22,963 nt of DNA. Source: Nitrososphaerota archaeon (lineage in GTDB: Archaea > Thermoproteota > Nitrososphaeria_A > Caldarchaeales > Calditenuaceae). Location: positions 1 to 22,963 of the forward strand of contig JAVYLC010000025.1 in NCBI GenBank assembly GCA_038741355.1, read 5' to 3'. Below the pieces are notes generated by a model. That model saw nothing but the letters and a program-made list of their open reading frames with translations. It was not told the origin of the DNA and made no database searches. This document shows positions 16,826-22,963 of this stretch, piece by piece. Position numbers and translations under genes: made by a program. The first letter of the stretch is position 1, and every line of letters begins with the position of its first letter.

Positions 16826-18211
16826 ATGTCTAAGGATGGTGAATCAGAGGGGTATCAGATGCTGATCGACAGATTGAGGGTCAGGGGGCTGGAGAGCTAT
16901 AAGACCCTCGAATATGTGACGAATCCACTCTACGTTAAACACCATGAGAGATTGTCAGTAGATGACGAGTGGATAAGGTCTATAAGTGGATCAAGGGATG
17001 ACAAACTCCCTGAGCGTTTTACACCCCTGTTAGAGAAGCGTGATGAGCCGATTGCAATACACCTCACAGGGAAAACTGTTACAGTGAATGTTCCCGAGGA
17101 GCTGGCCGGGAAAGGAGTTGTGGTAGAGACTCTTTGGGATGCGCTAAGGCGTAGGCCCGAGCTGGTTGAGAAGATGCTTACAGAGTATTGTTTTAGGCCC
17201 GAGGAGGATAAGCTGGTGGGCCTAATCTATAGCGCGATAAACTCTGGCTTGGTGGTCTATATTCCCGATAAGCTGGATAAGGACGTGAAGGTCAGGCTGA
17301 TCTGGTTAACTGGTGAAGATAATGGAGTAACCTCCGCTGTCACGCTAGTCTATGCTGGAGCTGACTCACGAGTATCGGTGTTGGAGGAGCATTACTCGTA
17401 TGGAGCGGGTGAGAAGTCCTTTGTGGGACACATCATCACAATCTTCTGTGGGGAAAACTCGTCAGTGAAGCACGCCCTCTTCAACAACCTTTCAAGCAAT
17501 ACAGAAGTGGCAATATATAGGCGCTCATACACCATGAACTATGCCTCACAGACATGGATTGGCGCAGACCTGGGAGGAGGAGTCTCCAAATCACATGTCG
17601 ACAATATATTGGTAGGTAATGGAGCGCGTGCCGATACACTAGAAGTTGCAATGGCCTCAGGGTCACAGAGGCTCGACGTAACCGCGAACTTGATCCATAA
17701 AGGTGAGGGAACCACGGGCAGAGTAATGGTGAAAGGCTTGGGGCTTGACACCTCGCGAATAATCTTTAAGGGCATTATAAAGATCGAGCGGAGCGCTAAG
17801 AACACCAGCGCCTATCTAGCAGAGCACGCTATGCTCCTCAGTCCCAGCGCTAGGGCCGACGCAATACCAGGACTTGAGATAGAGAGCGATAATGTTAAGG
17901 CGACACACTCAGCCAGCGTAAGTCAGGTAGACCCAGAACACATCTGGTATCTGATGACTAGGGGATTAAGCCGTGACGAGGCGATTAGACTGGTCGCGAT
18001 GGGCTTTTTTGAGCCTGTTATAAGCCAGATAGATGTCTCCGAGGTCCGTTGGAGCATGAGGCATATGCTGGAGAATAAGTGGCTGAGATCGGGTGAGAAA
18101 GCGATGGACTTGGAAACCCTGATGGACATATATGTGGAGCCTGAAGATGTGGGAAAGAGGGTGGAGGACATCTTCGGGACACACTACAAGTATGTGTATG
18201 GTAAAGGTTAG
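16826..18211 (+). CDS. SufB/SufD family Fe-S cluster assembly protein
   Basis: N-terminal ESYKTLEYVTNPLYVKHHERLSVDDEW; C-terminal beta-helix core with ...LVGNGARADTLEVAMASGSQRLDVTANLIHKGEGTTGRVMVKGL...GIIKIERSAKNTSAYLAEHAMLLSPSARADAIPGLEIESDNVKATHSASVSQVDPEHIWYLMTRGLSRDEAIRLVAMGFFEPVI. Confidence 0.9.
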   Translation: MSKDGESEGYQMLIDRLRVRGLESYKTLEYVTNPLYVKHHERLSVDDEWIRSISGSRDDKLPERFTPLLEKRDEPIAIHLTGKTVTVNVPEELAGKGVVVETLWDALRRRPELVEKMLTEYCFRPEEDKLVGLIYSAINSGLVVYIPDKLDKDVKVRLIWLTGEDNGVTSAVTLVYAGADSRVSVLEEHYSYGAGEKSFVGHIITIFCGENSSVKHALFNNLSSNTEVAIYRRSYTMNYASQTWIGADLGGGVSKSHVDNILVGNGARADTLEVAMASGSQRLDVTANLIHKGEGTTGRVMVKGLGLDTSRIIFKGIIKIERSAKNTSAYLAEHAMLLSPSARADAIPGLEIESDNVKATHSASVSQVDPEHIWYLMTRGLSRDEAIRLVAMGFFEPVISQIDVSEVRWSMRHMLENKWLRSGEKAMDLETLMDIYVEPEDVGKRVEDIFGTHYKYVYGKG

Positions 18212-18261
18212 ACCGGCTTCAAGCGACCGATATTATTCTGACCGCTGACACGAGTAATGTC

Positions 18262-18269
18262 TATATAAA
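18262..18269 (+). promoter_or_regulatory. TATA box of the smc-scpA-scpB operon
   Basis: TATATAAA ~31-38 nt upstream of ATG 18300. Confidence 0.5.
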
Positions 18270-18299
18270 CCCGCGACATTCAATGACGAAAAACGGATA

Positions 18300-21200
18300 A
18301 TGGTTTACATCAAGCGAATCACGATTCAGGGTTTTAAGTCCTTTGGGTCTAAGAGAGTCGTTATAAAGCCTGAGAAAGGGTTCGTGGTCATCACAGGACC
18401 CAATGGCGGCGGTAAAAGCAATGTTTTAGACGCGATAAAGTTCAGCCTCGGGGAGCTGAGCAACAACGCGTTAAGGGTTGGGAAGCTTTCAGACCTTATA
18501 CATGAGAATAATGGTAGGCGCTTAGGCCAAGCAACAGTGACCCTTGCCCTGGATAACACTGACAGAGCTCTCCCTATAGACGCTGATGAGGTAACAATCT
18601 CTAGGACGATTCTAAGCAGTGGAGAGAGCGTCTACAGGGTAAATGGAAAAACAGTTTCTAGGAATGAGCTCCTATCAATCCTAGCTTCAGCAAACATCAG
18701 GCCAAGCGGATTCAACATCATAACCCAGGGGGCAGTCCTAAGCATTGCCGAAAAAAGCCCTGAAGAGCTGCGGAGAATCATAGACGAGGTTGCAGGAGTA
18801 TCCGAGTTTGATCGCCGCAAGGCAGAGGCTATGAAAGAGCTTGAGGTTGCTGAGAAGAATGTAGCCATTGCACGGGCTGGTCTCAACGAGCTGCGAAGTC
18901 GTGTGAAGCAGCTAGAGGTTGAGATGAGCAGACTATCTAGAAACCAGCTCATCTCTAGATACCTCTCTCAGCTGAGGAGGCAAAAGCTTTTGGAAGAGCT
19001 CAGAGAACTGGATAGCAAAGTCTCATCCCTCGAAGATGAGGAGCGCTTACTCGAGGGGGAGCGGGCAAGAGTTTCACAGCTCGTTGAAAATCTGCTGAAG
19101 GAAAGACAAGACAAGCTTCTAAGGGCTAAAAACGTAGAAGCCGAGCTAGCCGAGATCCAAAATAGAATAAGTAGCATGCGGCTAATGAATCAGAGTCAAG
19201 GAACACCCCTCGAGTCGCTTAAATCATCGATAAGAAGCGAGGGTATCAGATACTCCAAGATGAAACTAGAGATTCTCGAGTCCTCGAGAAGTATCCAAGC
19301 AATGAGATTAGAAATCAACACGCTAGAGGAGGAGTATGGCGTAGTTAAAGAGAGATACCAGCGACATGTAAGCGAGCTTGAAGAGCTGGAACGGCTCCTA
19401 AAGGAGCTTAAGGATCAGCGCTCTGGGCTGCTTGACTCATTAAAGAAATGGAGGGAAACCGTTTCCTCCGTTGAGGCGCAGAGATCTAACTTAGCAAAGG
19501 AGCTGAGCCAGATAGAGGCTAAAATAGCTCTGACTGAGCAGAAGATCGGCGAAATCTCGCAGAGAATGGCAGAAGATGAAAAAGCGCTTGATAAGATTAG
19601 GTCTGATAAGGGCATTGTAGAGGCAGAACTAGATCATGGTCGGGCGTTGCTTGAGGATTTAAGCAATCTGTCAACCCAGTTAAACAGCGATTTACAGAGA
19701 CTCTCGTCAAAGATAAGACACTACGAGGACTTGAATGGGGAAGCTAAGGGACGGGTCGAAGATTTATTGAGGCTAAGGGCGGAGGTTGAAGGGGCCTTAG
19801 AAGTTTTGGGCATAGGTGAGGGGGTTAATGACATATCTAAGGGTTGCCCGGCTCCAAGCCACCCCAAACTCTTCAGGCTCAGGGATAGTATCCAGAGCCT
19901 CAGCACCACCCTTCCTAAACTCTTACCATATATCCTCGACTATCTCGACGCGTTGATCGTTGAGAGAGACCGTCTCGCCTTAGCCCTCGCTAGGGTTGCG
20001 GCGGCTAGAGGGGTCAGGTTATCAGTGATAAGCCTTGAGGGCGGTGAAGATAAAGGATGCAGCGGCGACAAATGCCTAGCCTGCAACCTAGCGGGAAAAA
20101 ACACACAGCTCAAAAGCATACTCCACTCGATCTTTCCAAGACACGTACTAGGGACTGATGGCTGGCTTGAGTCTGAACAGCCTACCATAACCCAAGACGG
20201 CATACACTATAATGGGCATGGTCTATTCCAGGTCCTCACACAGGTAGGCTTAAAGAGACGATTGGAGAGGCTCAAGGCCGAGGTTGAGGAAACTATCAAG
20301 ACTGTTGAGGGAGTTAGTGCGGAGTGTACAGAAGCCCTCAGCAGGTTGAGGGAAGAGTATAAGCTAGTCGAAGGCAAGGTCATAAACACCATTGTTCAGA
20401 GACAGGGGGCTGAGGCGCGTTTAAGAGGCCTTTCCCAAAGACTTGAAGAGCTACAGGATGAGGAGAAGAGGGTAGCCGAGAAAATCAAGGGCTTGAGAAA
20501 CGAGCTCGCAAACCTAGAAAGCCTCCGGAACCATCTCTATGAAAATCTTGAGAGAGTTAGAGGAAGGATTGATGAGATTAGGGAGCCTGAGGAGATGGGT
20601 GTAGGGACCCTCCAGACCCAGCTTGAAGACCTAAACTCCCAGATAAACGTCCTCGAACGTAAGGTCGGGGAAGTGAGCACTACTGCCAAGTCTCTCAGGG
20701 AGCAGCTAGAGCGGATAGAAAATAGGCGCAACCAACTAGTCGGGAAAATAGGGCAGATTGAAAGAGATGTTGAGAGACTGTGGCGGGAGGCAGAGGATTC
20801 TAAGAAAAGGTTGGCCAGCTATGCGCGGCTCTACCTGGAGTCTTGGAGAAAGTTCTCTGAGAAGGGTGATGAGCTTGGCGCATTGTCCAGGAGGGTTTCT
20901 GAACTGCTAAAAATTAGGGGCGCCTTGGGTGAGGAGTTGGCGGTCCTCGAGAACAGCATTGAGAAGGGACGGCAAGAGCTGCTATCAATTGAGTCAAGGG
21001 CTCGGAACCTGGCGGTGGCACGGGTGGAGCTAACCATGAGGAGGAACTCTGTATTTGAGCGCCTATCCTCGATGACTGAGCCTCCTCTAGAAGATTTATC
21101 GCTACTCCCCCCCGAGCTTAAGGAGAGCGTCGAGAAGGAGCTAGAGGTCGAGCTGAGCGAGATAGGAATGGTGAACCAGCTCGCCTCTATACAGTATTCA

Positions 21201-21755
21201 GAGCAGATAGTAGAGTATAGGGGCCGGTCTGGGAACGTGGCGCTGCTCGAGGAGGAGAGGAGGAAGATACTTGAGATATTGGAGATGCTTGATGCAAAGA
21301 AGCTGGAGGTCTTCATGAAGACTTTCAGCAGGATCTCTGAGGGGTTTGGGAAGTATTTCTTCGCTCTCACTGGGGGGTCAGCATGGCTCGAGTTCTCAGA
21401 CCCGGACGAACCCCTACAATCTGGGGTTGAGATGGTTGTTGCATTTCCCGGGAAGTCGCCTAGGCCGTCAAGGAGTATTAGTGGGGGTGAAAAGTCTGTC
21501 GCTGCTGTGGCTCTCTTAATGGCCTTCCAAGGTCTGACCCCTGTCGACTTCTTGATAATGGATGAGGTGGACGCCCACATGGATGCGAACTACAGCAAGA
21601 ATTTGGCATCCCTCTTGAAGGAGTTCTCCAAGAGGGCGCAGGTCATTGCAGTGAGTCTGAAGGATGTTATCGCTGAGAAGGGTGATCAGCTTATCGGGGT
21701 ATACAATCAGGAGGGTGAGTCTAGAATTGTTGTCACGAGGCTCGAGGAGAGTTAA
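18300..21755 (+). CDS. smc: chromosome segregation SMC ATPase
   Basis: 1151 aa; IQGFKSFGSKRVVIKPEKGFVVITGPNGGGKSNVLDAIKFSLGE (Walker A), long coiled coils, ISGGEKSVAAVALLMAFQ signature and VDFLIMDEVDAHMD Walker B. Confidence 0.95.
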   Translation: MVYIKRITIQGFKSFGSKRVVIKPEKGFVVITGPNGGGKSNVLDAIKFSLGELSNNALRVGKLSDLIHENNGRRLGQATVTLALDNTDRALPIDADEVTISRTILSSGESVYRVNGKTVSRNELLSILASANIRPSGFNIITQGAVLSIAEKSPEELRRIIDEVAGVSEFDRRKAEAMKELEVAEKNVAIARAGLNELRSRVKQLEVEMSRLSRNQLISRYLSQLRRQKLLEELRELDSKVSSLEDEERLLEGERARVSQLVENLLKERQDKLLRAKNVEAELAEIQNRISSMRLMNQSQGTPLESLKSSIRSEGIRYSKMKLEILESSRSIQAMRLEINTLEEEYGVVKERYQRHVSELEELERLLKELKDQRSGLLDSLKKWRETVSSVEAQRSNLAKELSQIEAKIALTEQKIGEISQRMAEDEKALDKIRSDKGIVEAELDHGRALLEDLSNLSTQLNSDLQRLSSKIRHYEDLNGEAKGRVEDLLRLRAEVEGALEVLGIGEGVNDISKGCPAPSHPKLFRLRDSIQSLSTTLPKLLPYILDYLDALIVERDRLALALARVAAARGVRLSVISLEGGEDKGCSGDKCLACNLAGKNTQLKSILHSIFPRHVLGTDGWLESEQPTITQDGIHYNGHGLFQVLTQVGLKRRLERLKAEVEETIKTVEGVSAECTEALSRLREEYKLVEGKVINTIVQRQGAEARLRGLSQRLEELQDEEKRVAEKIKGLRNELANLESLRNHLYENLERVRGRIDEIREPEEMGVGTLQTQLEDLNSQINVLERKVGEVSTTAKSLREQLERIENRRNQLVGKIGQIERDVERLWREAEDSKKRLASYARLYLESWRKFSEKGDELGALSRRVSELLKIRGALGEELAVLENSIEKGRQELLSIESRARNLAVARVELTMRRNSVFERLSSMTEPPLEDLSLLPPELKESVEKELEVELSEIGMVNQLASIQYSEQIVEYRGRSGNVALLEEERRKILEILEMLDAKKLEVFMKTFSRISEGFGKYFFALTGGSAWLEFSDPDEPLQSGVEMVVAFPGKSPRPSRSISGGEKSVAAVALLMAFQGLTPVDFLIMDEVDAHMDANYSKNLASLLKEFSKRAQVIAVSLKDVIAEKGDQLIGVYNQEGESRIVVTRLEES

Positions 21756-22386
21756 GCCTGAGGATATTGACTGGCACATCCTTTTAGCCGTTCATCTACT
21801 AAGTAAACCCATCATACTCCGGCTTAACCTCCTATCACTTCTCTCCCAGTTTCGAGAGGTGGTTTCCTCCGAGCAGCTAACTCTCCCGCAGGAGGGTGTG
21901 GCACTCTGGGGAGCCTCATACATCCACCGCCTGAGAACAGAGCACCTCTTCCAGCCCCCAAGAGAGCCCGAGGCTAAGCCGAAGCCTAACTTAATCGTAC
22001 CACCGATAATAGACATACCCGTTAAACCCGGAATGCTCTCAACAACCATCTTAGAGATAGTTGACGCGCTTAGATTTGTCATGGAATCTGCAACACCTAC
22101 ACCAACGGCAACGAAGATGCTACAGACAGACATAATCCTAGACAGCTACTTGGTCAAGATTGAGGAGGAGATCGAAGACTTCATAAAATTTCTTGAAAGC
22201 CTTCTCGCCGAAGCAGATATCTTCCCAATAATAGAGCTCTTCCGAGGGGTGGATAGGCTTGAGGCAGCTAGAAGATTTATTCTCCTGCTCATCGCGGCTG
22301 GAAGGGGTGTAGTAGAGCTATACGAGGACGAGCAGACAGGACGAATATTCCTGAAGAGGAGGGAGCCTAATGTCCAGGAGAGCTAA
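21715..22386 (+). CDS. scpA: segregation and condensation protein A (ScpA, kleisin)
   Basis: ...DIDWHILLAVHLLSKPIILRLNLLSLLSQFREVV...; C-terminal kleisin-like DIFPIIELFRGVDRLEAARRFILLLIAAGRGVVELYEDEQTGRIFLKR; directly follows and overlaps smc. Plausible GTG start at 21715 (track start 21664). Confidence 0.85.
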   Translation: MSLELLSRGSRRVKPEDIDWHILLAVHLLSKPIILRLNLLSLLSQFREVVSSEQLTLPQEGVALWGASYIHRLRTEHLFQPPREPEAKPKPNLIVPPIIDIPVKPGMLSTTILEIVDALRFVMESATPTPTATKMLQTDIILDSYLVKIEEEIEDFIKFLESLLAEADIFPIIELFRGVDRLEAARRFILLLIAAGRGVVELYEDEQTGRIFLKRREPNVQES

Positions 22387-22963
22387 GCTTGGGGCCGAGG
22401 GGCGGAGTGAGGCCCTTGCCAAGCCCATAATTGAGGCAGCTCTCTTCTTGAGTGACAGGCCATTAACACTGGAGAGGCTTCGATTGATCTCTGGCTTGAA
22501 GAGTAGGAAGAAGGTGGAGGCACTCCTAGAGGAGCTGAAAAAGGAGTATGAGGAGACTGGGAGGGCTTTCACCATCTCTAAGCTTCGGGGGGAGAGATTT
22601 ATGATGCATGTTAAGCCTGAGTGGCTCGCGCTTGTCAAAAGGCATGTAGGCAAGGCGGTCCTGGGTGTAGGTGTTCTCAGGACCCTCTCATTCATTGCCT
22701 ATCACCAGCCAGTGGACAAGTCTACCGTGGCCGCGGTTAGGGGTGGCAGGGCCTATGCCCAGATAAGAGAGCTGGTTGAGCGCGGGTTAGTCGAGATAGA
22801 GAAGAAGGGGCGCACCTCCCTGCTAAAAACGACAAAGCTCTTCGCAGAGCTTTTAGGCGTGGAGGATAACCCCGCCGCCATAAGGCGGAAGATACAGGAG
22901 ACCATGCCGCGCCTAACCGAGCAGTCAACAACAGTGGAAGGGGAAAAGAAGTTGGGTACATAT
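22370..22963 (+). CDS. scpB: segregation and condensation protein B (ScpB), truncated by the window end
   Basis: Open frame from ATG 22370 to the window end, not in the ORF track: MSRRAKLGAEGRSEALAKPIIEAALFLSDRPLTLERLRLISGLKSRKKVEALLEELKKEYEETGRAFTISKLRGERFMMHVKPEWLALVKRHVGKAVLGVGVLRTLSFIAYHQPVDKSTVAAVRGGRAYAQIRELVERGLVEIEKKGRTSLLKTTKLFAELLGV (tandem winged-helix ScpB pattern). Overlaps the scpA 3' end. Confidence 0.9.
   Translation, partial: MSRRAKLGAEGRSEALAKPIIEAALFLSDRPLTLERLRLISGLKSRKKVEALLEELKKEYEETGRAFTISKLRGERFMMHVKPEWLALVKRHVGKAVLGVGVLRTLSFIAYHQPVDKSTVAAVRGGRAYAQIRELVERGLVEIEKKGRTSLLKTTKLFAELLGVEDNPAAIRRKIQETMPRLTEQSTTVEGEKKLGTY

Noticed and set aside
20831-21580. 249 aa minus-strand ORF inside smc
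   Set aside because: S-rich low-complexity translation antisense to the SMC C-terminal domain, which is convincingly coding on +.
1-22963. CRISPR arrays, restriction-modification, toxin-antitoxin or other defense islands
   Set aside because: No regularly spaced repeats, Cas-like, nuclease/methyltransferase or TA-like proteins were visible. The only nuclease is the decayed LAGLIDADG protein.

Overview
This is an archaeal chromosomal segment, probably TACK / Aigarchaeota- or Thaumarchaeota-like; that placement is inferred from gene content and style, not proven. Most of it is ordinary housekeeping sequence. It contains: a ferritin-like + VIT1/CCC1 membrane protein; a ribosomal cluster L22-S3-L29-Rnp1-S17-L14-L24-S4e-L5; a convergent S12 gene; two tRNAs (tRNA-Tyr with a ~47 nt canonical intron, and tRNA-Thr(TGT)); a MarC-like protein; a sugar-nucleotide epimerase/dehydratase; a class-V aminotransferase; a DUF4432 (aldose-epimerase-like) protein; a DUF424 protein; a dolichol kinase/CTP-transferase-like membrane protein; a PspC-domain protein; aIF1A; a stand-alone SufB/SufD-family protein; and an SMC-ScpA-ScpB operon. 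The items most worth a second look are: (1) an 865-877 aa membrane-anchored metzincin-like protease ([11 protein letters not shown]...LM) followed by repeated beta-type modules, inserted where the spc operon would normally continue after L5; (2) an SMC with an unusual hinge carrying a C-x4-C-x2-C cluster and altered ATPase motifs, overlapping scpA/scpB; (3) a frameshifted small zinc-ribbon gene at 208-440 that the ORF track misses; (4) a multiply frameshifted LAGLIDADG homing endonuclease remnant; and (5) GC-rich perfect hairpins in the otherwise unexplained 8.6-9.4 kb interval. I see no CRISPR array, convincing transposon, or classical defense system.
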